Below the pieces are notes generated by a model. That model was not told the origin of the DNA. It did no database searches and was given only the letters and a program-made list of their open reading frames with translations. Shown piece by piece: positions 1 through 8,851 of a DNA stretch of 64,000 nucleotides. The stretch lies in NCBI GenBank assembly GCA_016176415.1, contig JACOXH010000003.1:12419-76418 (forward strand), in the 5' to 3' direction. Both the position numbers and the translations under genes were made by a program. Every line of letters starts with the position of its first letter. The stretch's first letter is position 1. This stretch comes from Candidatus Daviesbacteria bacterium. GTDB lineage: Bacteria > Patescibacteriota > Microgenomatia > Daviesbacterales > UBA10151.

Positions 1-1025
1 AAACTTCAAAACTAAGAGAACAAAGAAGAATAATTGTGGAACTGCCGGGGATAAAAGATGCCTCCGTTGCAGCCAGTTTGGTGGGAAAAACAGCGCAGCT
101 GGATTTTAGGGAACTTTCCCCGGAGGCAGAACAATCTGAAGCGACTCTTTCTGGTGTTCCTCTCGCGGCTTTAACAAAGTCCACGGGATTAACAGGGGCA
201 GATTTGAAAAAAGCTGAGGTGACTTTCGGGTCAGGAGGAGGAAAAAGCGGGCCGCAGGTGGCAATAGAATTTACCTCTGAAGGCAGCAAAAAATTTGCAG
301 AAATTACCAAAAGAAACGTGGGCAAACCATTGTGCATATTTTTAGACGATATTCCTGTACAGGATGGGTGTCCTACAGTTGAGCAGGAAATTATCGGAGG
401 TAGCGCCGTAATAACAGGTCAATTTACTACCCAGCAAACAAAGGAGCTGGCAGTTCAGCTTAATGCAGGCGCTTTGCCTGTCCCAATTAAAATTATTGAA
501 CAGCACTCTATTGGACCAACATTGGGTCAGGAGTCGGTAAATAAAAGTTTAGTTGCAGGTATTATTGGTCTTGGGATAGTTGCCTTATATATGGCAGCTT
601 ATTATGGTTTGTTGGGACTAATTGCAGATGCAGCTTTAATTATCTATACGCTTTTGGTTTTGGCAATTTTTAAAACAGGTTTATTTTTACTTCCTCCTGT
701 AACTTTAACTTTGGCAGGAATTGCCGGATTTATTTTATCAATCGGAATGGCGGTTGATGCAAATATTTTAATTTTTGAAAGAATGAAAGAAGAGATCAGG
801 TGGGGTAAAAGTAAGCAGATGGCTTTAGAGTTAGGGTTTAAAAGGGCTTGGGTATCAATTTGGGCCTCCAATGTTTCATCTCTTATGACCGCTGCAATTT
901 TAATTGGGATGGGAACATCTTTGATCCGCGGATTTGCCATAACTTTAACGATAGGAGTATTGGTATCAATGTTTACAAGTTATATAGTAACCAGAACTTT
1001 TTTAAGATTGATAATAAAGTATTAG
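1..1025 (+). CDS. secD: Protein-export membrane protein SecD (5' end truncated by window edge)
   Basis: Open frame runs to nt 1. '...IVELPGIKDASVA...TAQLDFREL' matches SecD periplasmic motif (E. coli '...VQLPGVQD...ATLEFR'). C-terminal multi-TM region typical of SecD. Confidence 0.8.
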   Translation, partial: TSKLREQRRIIVELPGIKDASVAASLVGKTAQLDFRELSPEAEQSEATLSGVPLAALTKSTGLTGADLKKAEVTFGSGGGKSGPQVAIEFTSEGSKKFAEITKRNVGKPLCIFLDDIPVQDGCPTVEQEIIGGSAVITGQFTTQQTKELAVQLNAGALPVPIKIIEQHSIGPTLGQESVNKSLVAGIIGLGIVALYMAAYYGLLGLIADAALIIYTLLVLAIFKTGLFLLPPVTLTLAGIAGFILSIGMAVDANILIFERMKEEIRWGKSKQMALELGFKRAWVSIWASNVSSLMTAAILIGMGTSLIRGFAITLTIGVLVSMFTSYIVTRTFLRLIIKY

Positions 1026-1026
1026 T

Positions 1027-1899
1027 ATGAAATTTAAAATAAAAAAACCACACTTTGAATATTTAAAAAATAAATGGGAATTGCGTCATCAGGCTATTCA
1101 AAATAATTTTTGGGATAATCATGGTCAGTCTTTAAAGCATCTGGCAATTGGTTCTTTAGGAGGGTTAATGCTGTTGTCTTCACCGGTTCATAAAGAGTTG
1201 TCTCCTCCTCATTTGGCTGTCAGTCGTGATGATGTAATGAGGGGTTTTGATAAAAATGTGCTTTTGGCTCAAATTTTGGCAGAAACTGTGCCCACAGAAG
1301 TAAGACCTTTAACTTCTGATGAAGAGAAAGAAATAACTGAAGTTTTATCCAAAAATTTTGGCTTTAAAGTTACGGTAGAAATGGATGATATAAAGCTTAA
1401 CAGAAACTATGGTTTGATTGGAGGGGAGCAGCATTTATATAGATACCCCGGTGATAATTTATACGCTCACGCAGATACTACTTCTGATTGGGCAAAATAC
1501 GGGGGTTCTGGGATTGCGCCGGGATTGGGAGCATGGGGACATTTTGCTTATTCAAAAGAAAATTTTACTCCTCAGGATAAGCTTAGAGAGCGTTATTATC
1601 TGGCAATACAGACATTTTTAGCGCCGGGTTTTGCAGAAAATTTTGCCAAATACAGGGATTTTTTCAAATACAGAAAAATGCTGGTAGTCAACGCTAAAAC
1701 CGGTCAGGCAGTAGTGGCAGTAATAGGTGATGCAGGACCTGCAGAGTGGACGGGAAAACATCTGGGAGGGTCACCGGAAGTAATGGATTATTTAGGACTT
1801 GCCCAGGGACCAAGAAAAGGGGCAGTGCTATACTTTTTTATTGATGACCCAAAAGACGAAGTGCCTTTGGGTCCGGTGAAAGTGAGGAGCGAGGCCTGA
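1027..1899 (+). CDS. Hypothetical protein inserted between secD and secF; C-terminal 'VIGDAGPAEWTGKHLGGSPEVMDYLG' weakly resembles DPBB/3D-domain proteins
   Basis: 290-aa ORF starting 2 nt after secD stop. No confident family from sequence alone. Confidence 0.4.
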   Translation: MKFKIKKPHFEYLKNKWELRHQAIQNNFWDNHGQSLKHLAIGSLGGLMLLSSPVHKELSPPHLAVSRDDVMRGFDKNVLLAQILAETVPTEVRPLTSDEEKEITEVLSKNFGFKVTVEMDDIKLNRNYGLIGGEQHLYRYPGDNLYAHADTTSDWAKYGGSGIAPGLGAWGHFAYSKENFTPQDKLRERYYLAIQTFLAPGFAENFAKYRDFFKYRKMLVVNAKTGQAVVAVIGDAGPAEWTGKHLGGSPEVMDYLGLAQGPRKGAVLYFFIDDPKDEVPLGPVKVRSEA

Positions 1900-2237
1900 T
1901 GAAAAATATTTTCTTTTATACACATTTGATTGAAATAGAATCTGTAACCAGAGAACTTGATCAGTTGGATTTATCACAAGAAGAGCGCCATCATTTGGCC
2001 CACCTGGTTGACTCCAGTATCCATCACACTATTTTGGATGCAATCTTTTCTAAATTATCTGAAACTGATAAAAAAGTTTTTCTAAATTACTTAAAAGATG
2101 ATGATCATCAAAAAATTTGGAATTTTTTAAATGAAAAAACAGAAAATATTGAAAGTAGTATAAAAGAAGCAGCTCAGGAGTTAAAAGAACAGTTAAGAAA
2201 AGATATTAAAGAGGCAAAACTAAGAGGAAAAATATGA
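1899..2237 (+). CDS. Hypothetical acidic/coiled-coil protein
   Basis: 112-aa ORF, start overlaps previous stop (ATGA). Charged, helical composition. Confidence 0.35.
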   Translation: MKNIFFYTHLIEIESVTRELDQLDLSQEERHHLAHLVDSSIHHTILDAIFSKLSETDKKVFLNYLKDDDHQKIWNFLNEKTENIESSIKEAAQELKEQLRKDIKEAKLRGKI

Positions 2238-3121
2238 ATAATTTAATGCGGTACAAAACTTTATATTTTATTCTGTCTTTGCTAATTATTCTGCCGGGCC
2301 TTTATTATTTGGTAACTTCAGGAGTGAAGCTGGGAATAGATTTTACAGGTGGGGCATTGCTTGAATATCAGTTTGAAAAAAGCATAAATTCAGATGAGTT
2401 AAAAAAAGAGATATCAAATAGGGGTATTGAAGTAGGTCAGGTTACTTCTTCATCTGAGAATACTTATATTATCAGAACAAAACCTATGGAGCAGGAGAAG
2501 ATAGGTAAATTAAAGTCTGATCTTAGTGAAAAATTTGGCAAGATAGAGGAGAGAAGAATAGAATTTGTAGGGCCTGTGATCGGTTCAGAATTAAGACAAA
2601 AAGCAGTAATTGGTATTGTGCTGGCCTCAATAGTGATAGTTTTGTATATTGCTTACTCTTTCAGAAAAATACCCAGACCTCAATCATCATGGCGTTTTGG
2701 GGTAGCAGCTGTACTGGCTTTAGTTCATGATATTTTGGTAGTGGCAGGAGCTTTTGCAATTTTAGGGCATTTTGCAGGAGTAGAAGTTGATACTTTGTTT
2801 GTAACAGCGCTTTTAACAATAATTGGTTTTTCTGTTCATGACACAATTGTGGTGTTTGACAGAATCAGGGAGAATTTGACAAAACACATAGGCAGGAAAT
2901 TCGTGGATGTAGCAAATCTTTCTATAGTTCAAACTATTGGCAGATCTTTAAACACGTCCTTAACCGTAGTATTTGTACTTCTTGCCCTGCTTTTATTTGG
3001 AGGAGAAAGCTTAAGGTGGTTTGTGGTGGCTTTGCTTGTAGGTATCGTTTCGGGAACTTATTCTTCAATTTTTAACGCCACAGCAATGCTTGTCTGGTGG
3101 GAAGAGCGGTTGGGTCATTAA
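2234..3121 (+). CDS. secF: Protein-export membrane protein SecF
   Basis: 'GIDFTGGALLEYQF' and C-terminal 6-TM region with 'FDRIREN' typical of SecF. Start overlaps upstream stop. Confidence 0.85.
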   Translation: MNNLMRYKTLYFILSLLIILPGLYYLVTSGVKLGIDFTGGALLEYQFEKSINSDELKKEISNRGIEVGQVTSSSENTYIIRTKPMEQEKIGKLKSDLSEKFGKIEERRIEFVGPVIGSELRQKAVIGIVLASIVIVLYIAYSFRKIPRPQSSWRFGVAAVLALVHDILVVAGAFAILGHFAGVEVDTLFVTALLTIIGFSVHDTIVVFDRIRENLTKHIGRKFVDVANLSIVQTIGRSLNTSLTVVFVLLALLLFGGESLRWFVVALLVGIVSGTYSSIFNATAMLVWWEERLGH

Positions 3122-4539
3122 GCGAGCTCTTTTATTCTGTTTAATAAGTAATCTTTATTGTTTTTTTCAGCGTTTTCTAAAACTTCTTCAAAAAGTTTTT
3201 GTAAAATTTCACCAATTTTAGGACCGGATTTAATATTTAATACCTCCATTATATCATTACCGTTTACTTTTAAATCTGAAATAGAAAATGGTTTTTGTAA
3301 AACCTGTTTAATTCTTTCATTGAATTTTTCCATTCTCCAAGAGACCGCTCTTTGTGTGCCTCCCCCCAGTCTGTCACCTATTCTCACTGCCATCATATCC
3401 TCAATATTTTCCAGCCCCACGTTATTAATAAAACGCCTGATGGCAGAATCAGTTTGATTTTCATCTACTGTAAAAAGATGCCATCTGACTAATTTGTATA
3501 ATTTATCAGTTTGTTTTTTGGATAAATTAAATCTTTGGGCAATTTGTAAAACTAACCTTCCTCCGTAAACATCATGGTTGTAAAAGGTAACATTGCCATC
3601 GCTTTCAGTTTTGACAGTTTGCACTTTGCCGATATCGTGTAAAAGTGCAGCTAATCTGACTAGGGAATTTTTTGATGGAGTATGCTGTAAAGTCATCAGA
3701 GAGTGTTCTCCTATATCGTAAACTCTGTCATGCTTGGGTCCTTGCTGCACAATACCAAAACATCTTTCCAGCTCAGGTAAAATAATTTGCAATATTCCTG
3801 CCTCCCTTAATTTGTTGATACCCTCAAGAGGGTTCTCAGCTGATAAAATTTTAAATAACTCATTTCTTACCCTTTCTTTTGCAATTTCCTCAATAAGTCC
3901 TGCATTTTCTTTTATTGCTTCAAAAGTTTTAATTTCTATCTCAAACTTTAATTGAGTAGCAATCCTTATTGCTCTTATCAACCTTAAGGCATCTTCTTTA
4001 AACCGATCATTGGGATTTCCAACAGTGCGAATGATTTTATCATGTATGTCTTTTTCTCCATGATAAGGATCTATGAGAGTCAAGTCGCTAGAATCTAGAG
4101 TCAAAGAGTTTATTTTCCTAGACTCTTGACTCTTGACTCTTGACTCTATACCCAAAGCAATAGCATTAATAGTAAAATCCCGTCTGGCTAAATCCTCTTC
4201 AATTTTATCAGTCCAGCCAACCTGGGCAGGGTGACGGAAATCTTTATAGTCACCCTCCTTCCTCATGGTAGTGACTTCGAAAACTTCCACCTCGGGGGAG
4301 TCAAAGCCCACCCCCGAGGTGTTCTTCGTCGGTATTCCCACAGTGCCGAATTTATTGTCGTAAAAGCCTTCAGGGATAATTTTTAAAATTTCCTCTGGTT
4401 TGGCATCAGTAGTAAAGTCCCAGTCGTTAACTTCTTTACCCATTAAAATGTCTCTGACTGCCCCTCCGACAATGTAAATTTGAAAACCGGCTTTTTGAAA
4501 CTTATTTAAAATATCTTCTACTTCTTTAGGTAAGTGCAT
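3118..4539 (-). CDS. cca: CCA-adding tRNA nucleotidyltransferase / poly(A) polymerase family with HD domain
   Basis: N-terminal 'IYIVGGAVRDILMG...DWDFTT' is the pol-beta nucleotidyltransferase head. C-terminal 'LAALLHDIGK' is the HD domain. Contains in-frame repeat insertions (see repeats). Confidence 0.75.
   Translation of the reverse strand: MHLPKEVEDILNKFQKAGFQIYIVGGAVRDILMGKEVNDWDFTTDAKPEEILKIIPEGFYDNKFGTVGIPTKNTSGVGFDSPEVEVFEVTTMRKEGDYKDFRHPAQVGWTDKIEEDLARRDFTINAIALGIESRVKSQESRKINSLTLDSSDLTLIDPYHGEKDIHDKIIRTVGNPNDRFKEDALRLIRAIRIATQLKFEIEIKTFEAIKENAGLIEEIAKERVRNELFKILSAENPLEGINKLREAGILQIILPELERCFGIVQQGPKHDRVYDIGEHSLMTLQHTPSKNSLVRLAALLHDIGKVQTVKTESDGNVTFYNHDVYGGRLVLQIAQRFNLSKKQTDKLYKLVRWHLFTVDENQTDSAIRRFINNVGLENIEDMMAVRIGDRLGGGTQRAVSWRMEKFNERIKQVLQKPFSISDLKVNGNDIMEVLNIKSGPKIGEILQKLFEEVLENAEKNNKDYLLNRIKELA
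4078..4147. repeat. Low-complexity insertion inside cca: inverted 'gagtcaag/cttgactc' plus 4 tandem heptamers 'gactctt'
   Basis: Direct reading: 4121-4147 gactcttgactcttgactcttgactct. Translates in-frame as 'ESRVKSQESRK'. Confidence 0.6.
4284..4321. repeat. REP-like hairpin copy (CCACCTCGGGGG-AGTCAAAGCCCA-CCCCCGAGGTG) inserted in-frame in cca
   Basis: Perfect 11-bp inverted repeat with 12-nt loop. Shares core CCACCCCCGAGGTG with the IS200-like element ends at 59000/59716. Confidence 0.7.
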
Positions 4540-4605
4540 ATATTTATGGATCCCATAACGAGTATGGGATGACAGTTACACTGTCATTTTACCCCGTAGC
4601 TGTCT

Positions 4606-6282
4606 ATGATACAATGCAGCTTGCAAAGGAAACTAAAAGTGAAGTGGAGAATACTGCCAAAAAAGTCAGATAGTTTAACAGAGCAGCTTTTGATAAACCG
4701 CGGTATAAAGAGCGAAAAGGAAATAAAACAATTTTTTAACCCCAGGATTTCAGATTTTGAAAAAGATTTACAAATCCCCGGTACTTCAAAAGCGCATAAA
4801 AGAATTCTGGAGGCAATAAAAAAAGAGGAACTGATAGCAGTGTATGGAGATTATGATGTAGACGGGATTTGCGCCTCGGCAATTTTGTATAAGGGTTTAA
4901 CATCAATTGGGGCAAAAGTCCTACCGTATATTCCTCACAGAGATAAAGAAGGGTATGGACTTTCTGTTACCGGACTTGATTCCATTAAACTGTCAGGCGC
5001 AAAGTTGGTAATTACTGTAGATAACGGGATTGTAGCAGTAGAACAGGCAAAATATGCTAAAAGTTTAGGACTGGATTTAATTATTACAGATCATCATATC
5101 CCGGGTGATCAGGAGCCTGATGCTTATGCAATAGTTCATTCAACAAAAATGTGTGGGGCCTCTGTGGCATGGTGTTTAACCCGTGACCTTATTAAAGAAG
5201 ATTTATCAGAGGAGCTTTTACAATTTGCAGCCATAGCTACAGTTTGTGATCTTTTGCCTTTGGTGGGTTTAGGCAGGGGATTCGTCACAGAAGGTCTTAA
5301 GGTTTTAAGAAGCACCACTAATCCCGGGATATTGGCACTTTTGAATGAAGCGGGTGTATCGGTTGGAAATATCAGCTCTTTTGAAATAGGTTTTATACTA
5401 GGTCCAAGACTTAATGCTATGGGCAGAATGGAGCATGCCATAGATTCTCTGCGTCTGCTTTGCACCAAAGATCCGGTTAAGGCAAGAAGTTTGGCAAAGC
5501 TTTTGTGTAATACCAACGCCAGTCGTCAAAAATTAACAACAGAGGCTTTGGAAGAAGCTAAAGAGATGGTTAAAAAAGACAGCAAAATTCATATTTTATA
5601 CTCAAAAAACTGGTCAGCAGGAATCATAGGACTCGTGGCAGGGAGGGTTTGTGAAGAATACTCGCTACCTGCAATTGCCATTTCAGTAGGGGAAGAAATT
5701 TCCAAAGGTTCGGCCCGTTCTGTTGACGGTATCAATATTGTGGAAGTAATCAGGAAGCATGCTGATATTTTAATTGATGTAGGAGGACACAAAGGGGCAG
5801 CAGGATTTTCTATTTTAAGCAAACATTTAGAAACTTTTAAAAAAAGATTAGAGCAGATAGTTTTGACAGTGCCGGAAGAGAAGGTTTTGGAAATTGATGC
5901 TGAGGTTTATAGCAGTCAGTTAAATAAAACTTTAATAAAAGAGCTGGAGAAATTTGAGCCTTTTGGACTGGATAACAGAAGGCCTGTGTTTGTTTCATTT
6001 AACATGAAAGTATCAGATATCAGAACTGTGGGGAATGGAAAACATTTGAAATTTAAAATTTCTTCCTGTCATTCTGAGCACATTTGCTTCGCTCAGTGTA
6101 AACTCCGCGAAGAATCTAATTATATTGATGCTATAGCATTTGGCATGGGAGAGTGGGAAAAGCTGCTTAAGACAGGACAGATGATAGATTTAGCTTTCAA
6201 TATAGAACTTGATACTTATGGTGGATTTGAAAAAGTGCAATTAAAAGTTAAGGACTTGAGAGTGGGGCAGTTTGGAGTGTAG
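4606..6282 (+). CDS. recJ: Single-stranded-DNA-specific exonuclease RecJ
   Basis: DHH motifs 'VYGDYDVDGI' and 'ITDHHIPG'. DHHA1-like C-terminal region. Confidence 0.85.
   Translation: MIQCSLQRKLKVKWRILPKKSDSLTEQLLINRGIKSEKEIKQFFNPRISDFEKDLQIPGTSKAHKRILEAIKKEELIAVYGDYDVDGICASAILYKGLTSIGAKVLPYIPHRDKEGYGLSVTGLDSIKLSGAKLVITVDNGIVAVEQAKYAKSLGLDLIITDHHIPGDQEPDAYAIVHSTKMCGASVAWCLTRDLIKEDLSEELLQFAAIATVCDLLPLVGLGRGFVTEGLKVLRSTTNPGILALLNEAGVSVGNISSFEIGFILGPRLNAMGRMEHAIDSLRLLCTKDPVKARSLAKLLCNTNASRQKLTTEALEEAKEMVKKDSKIHILYSKNWSAGIIGLVAGRVCEEYSLPAIAISVGEEISKGSARSVDGINIVEVIRKHADILIDVGGHKGAAGFSILSKHLETFKKRLEQIVLTVPEEKVLEIDAEVYSSQLNKTLIKELEKFEPFGLDNRRPVFVSFNMKVSDIRTVGNGKHLKFKISSCHSEHICFAQCKLREESNYIDAIAFGMGEWEKLLKTGQMIDLAFNIELDTYGGFEKVQLKVKDLRVGQFGV
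6067..6117. repeat. Family-2 short repeat copy (TGTCATTCTGAGC-[insert]-GCGAAGAATCT) in-frame inside recJ
   Basis: Flanks identical to copy at 49731-49756. Contains hairpin CTGAGC...CGCTCAG. Encodes 'SCHSEHICFAQCKLREESN'. Confidence 0.6.
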
Positions 6283-7923
6283 TATGACAGTTTGTGCAAA
6301 AGCTGCTTCTTCAGGAGTTTGTGAAGACGCTGCTCTTTTGGGTAATCGCAGATCTAAAATAAGCGGACGGGGAGTTGAAAGCATTTCGTCGCAGGCGAGC
6401 GCTAAATCGTAGCAGGTACGCACCGTCCTTCCTTCTATGCCGTAAGTTGCCCCTAAAGCCGGAAAGTCAGGGTTTGTAAGGTCAGTTAACGAAGAATCAA
6501 CTCCAAATTCTCTGATCATGCCGTAGCCGCAGTCATTGTAGATTACTATTTTAACAGGTAGTTGGTATTGCATTATTGTGCCTAATTCCTGTATATTCAT
6601 CTGGAAGCCTCCGTCTCCCATTATCGCTATAATTCTTCTATCCGGAGAAGCAATTTGTGCACCTATGGCAGCCGGTAGAGCAAAGCCCATTGTTCCCATG
6701 CCTCCTGTGGTAATAAAGCTGCCGGGTCGTCTGAATCTGCCATACCGCGCAACTGACATTTGATGTGAGCCGGCATCGGATACAATGGTGTCGGTATCCA
6801 AAGTGTTTTCAAAAAGTAAGTTGGTTGCATCAGTTATTGTCAGATCATTATCTCCGGCTAACATTTTTCTGGTTTCCGTCATCGAAGAACTGTCGCTAAT
6901 ATAATTATCGAGCGGTTTTTCTATTGCCTGTTCTGCAAGGACAGGGAGTGCCAGTGCTAAATCTGCTCTGATCGTTAATCTGTCTCCCCTTCTTCTGTTA
7001 AGTCGGTTTGAGTCAATATCAATACGGATAATATCAGCCAGTCTGGTAGAATCAAGAATTTTTCCACTGACCCGATCGTCAAATTTCATACCAAGAGCTA
7101 AAATTACATCAGCTTCCTGCGCCAGTAAATTTGCTACCGGTCGTCCGTGTGTTCCTATCATGCCGACAAACAAAGGATGGTCAGAAGGTAAAGCAGATAA
7201 TCCATGAAGTGTGCTGGCTACACGAATTTGAGTTTTTTCAGTAAGCCTCCTAAGGTCAGAGACAGCTCCGGATAATAAGACTCCCTGACCTGTAATAATT
7301 AAAGGATTTTGGGCGTCATGCAGTATTTGGGCTGCTTCTTTCAGTTGTGCGTGTATTTCAGGAGTAAGTTCCGGTTTATCTGCTTTGGGAGGTATTTCTT
7401 TTTCAGGGAATAAAGTTTCGTGTATCTGCAGATCTTTTGGTATATCAATAAGTACCGGTCCCGGACGGCCATTGGTTGCAATTGTAAAAGCTTTATCCAA
7501 AACATAGGGAATTTCTTCCGGAATTTTAATCTGATAGCTCCATTTTGTGATATGACCTGACATTTCTACAATAGGAGCTTCCTGAAATGCTTCAGTTCCA
7601 AGTAACGATGTTGGTACCTGACCACAGATTACAATGATAGGTGTTGAGTCCCATTGTGCATCGGCAATTGCTGTTAGAGTATTAATTGCACCAGGACCTG
7701 AAGTTACCAATCCTACCCCCACTTTTCTTGCTTCTCGGGCATACCCTGAAAGGGCATGACCAAGTCCCTGCTCATGGCGGAATAAAAAACGATTTATCCT
7801 GTTGGATATCAAAGCCTCGCAGATAGGCAAATTTGCTGCTCCGGGTATCAGAAAAACATCTTTTATGTCGTGTTCCTTAAGAGTGTTTACTAAAGCTTCG
7901 GCTCCCGTTAGAGTGCGCCCCAA
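6241..7923 (-). CDS. Thiamine-pyrophosphate-dependent enzyme, acetolactate synthase large-subunit family
   Basis: N-terminal TPP-enzyme pyrimidine-binding domain 'GHALSGYAREARKVGVGLVTSGPGAINT'. C-terminal TPP-binding 'IMGDGGFQMNIQEL'. Confidence 0.75.
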   Translation of the reverse strand: MGRTLTGAEALVNTLKEHDIKDVFLIPGAANLPICEALISNRINRFLFRHEQGLGHALSGYAREARKVGVGLVTSGPGAINTLTAIADAQWDSTPIIVICGQVPTSLLGTEAFQEAPIVEMSGHITKWSYQIKIPEEIPYVLDKAFTIATNGRPGPVLIDIPKDLQIHETLFPEKEIPPKADKPELTPEIHAQLKEAAQILHDAQNPLIITGQGVLLSGAVSDLRRLTEKTQIRVASTLHGLSALPSDHPLFVGMIGTHGRPVANLLAQEADVILALGMKFDDRVSGKILDSTRLADIIRIDIDSNRLNRRRGDRLTIRADLALALPVLAEQAIEKPLDNYISDSSSMTETRKMLAGDNDLTITDATNLLFENTLDTDTIVSDAGSHQMSVARYGRFRRPGSFITTGGMGTMGFALPAAIGAQIASPDRRIIAIMGDGGFQMNIQELGTIMQYQLPVKIVIYNDCGYGMIREFGVDSSLTDLTNPDFPALGATYGIEGRTVRTCYDLALACDEMLSTPRPLILDLRLPKRAASSQTPEEAAFAQTVILHSKLPHSQVLNF

Positions 7924-8062
7924 TGTTTCTTGTGTAATATTAAACTCCTTAGCAGTTAGGACAAACGGGCATTAAAGCGGCAAAAGCGGAATCTCTTTTC
8001 TCGGCAAGATTAAGAAGAAAACAAAGTTTTTTGAACCTTGTAATATACATTCTACTTACAAA

Positions 8063-8086
8063 ATTATCTATTTGTCAATAGATAAT
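8063..8086. promoter_or_regulatory. Perfect 10-bp inverted repeat ATTATCTATT-tgtc-AATAGATAAT (operator-like) upstream of the TPP-enzyme gene
   Basis: Palindrome seen directly; about 140 nt upstream of the minus-strand start at 7923. Confidence 0.3.
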
Positions 8087-8233
8087 CTCACAAAAATTCT
8101 ATCTTGCTAGAGGTGTTACTGATGGGTTATTTAATGTCATAAGCAGCTAGTGTTTCCGGACTGTCAACGTGTATAGATGTACACCTATGGTACCTGGTCT
8201 TAGTTCTATGCTTTTCATTGTAAACAGCCCCTT

Positions 8234-8617
8234 TCAAATTAATGTATGTACATTATTAATTGGATTTATTGTATTAATAAAGCAACTAACAGCTTGCGCA
8301 GAATTAACACGATCTTCTAATTTAGCAATCATTTTTGATAAGGCTCTGCCTGTCTTTCTTGAAGGATTTTCTGTAACAGAAGCAGTTTTTATAGCAACTT
8401 TAGATACTAAATCAGGATTAACATGATAATTTTGTCTCTGATCTGCTACTAAGGTAGCGATGAGTTTGCCCAATTTTCGATCATGAAATCGCTCTATAGG
8501 GGATAGAGCAACAATATGAACTTCTTTGTGCGTTTCTTCCTTTTCAATAGCAGTAGGACAGGTTGTAACTACCTTTAAAGGTGAAACTGTTTCTCGTTCT
8601 AATGCTAAAACTGGCAT
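8234..8617 (-). CDS. Hypothetical protein
   Basis: 127-aa ORF, no recognisable family. Confidence 0.35.
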   Translation of the reverse strand: MPVLALERETVSPLKVVTTCPTAIEKEETHKEVHIVALSPIERFHDRKLGKLIATLVADQRQNYHVNPDLVSKVAIKTASVTENPSRKTGRALSKMIAKLEDRVNSAQAVSCFINTINPINNVHTLI

Positions 8618-8630
8618 ATTTTTTCCTCAA

Positions 8631-8660
8631 AAAAACCTCCCGTTTGGGAGGCTTAAAATT
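8631..8660 (-). terminator. Rho-independent terminator (CCTCCC-gttt-GGGAGG + U6 on minus strand)
   Basis: 6-bp GC stem followed by T-run on minus strand, downstream of the aroG / small-peptide transcription unit. Confidence 0.5.
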
Positions 8661-8680
8661 CCTTTCTTTTTAGATTAATT

Positions 8681-8785
8681 TTATCTAAAAAGGCCTCCCA
8701 GAGTTGCTCCTAAAAGGAGCACTGTAAGGAGGACTAAACCTAAATTTTCTACTCTTTTTAAATCAATACTAATTACTTTTGACAT
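8681..8785 (-). CDS. Small hydrophobic peptide (34 aa) MSKVISIDLKRVENLGLVLLTVLLLGATLGGLFR
   Basis: Below ORF-track length cutoff. ATG with weak SD (GGGGAA), single TM helix, followed by terminator. Confidence 0.25.
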   Translation of the reverse strand: MSKVISIDLKRVENLGLVLLTVLLLGATLGGLFR

Positions 8786-8851
8786 ATAATTTCCCCAAAG
8801 GGTTTAAGATTATTATTCTAAGTACAGTTTAACACTTTGTCAATGTTTATT

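Noticed and set aside
644-1030. Antisense/overlapping ORFs within secD (644-940 -, 848-1030 +)
   Set aside because: Fully embedded in a well-supported secD frame; hydrophobic mirror-frame artefacts.
3158-3955. Plus-strand ORFs 3158-3457 and 3734-3955 inside cca
   Set aside because: Opposite strand of a confident CDS; low-complexity Ser/Leu-rich translations typical of antisense frames.
5136-5822. Minus-strand ORFs inside recJ
   Set aside because: Embedded antisense to recJ, no independent signals.
8169-8426. Plus-strand ORF 8169-8426
   Set aside because: Overlaps minus-strand ORF 8234-8617 and the intergenic region; no RBS; likely spurious. The minus-strand ORF is itself only weakly supported.
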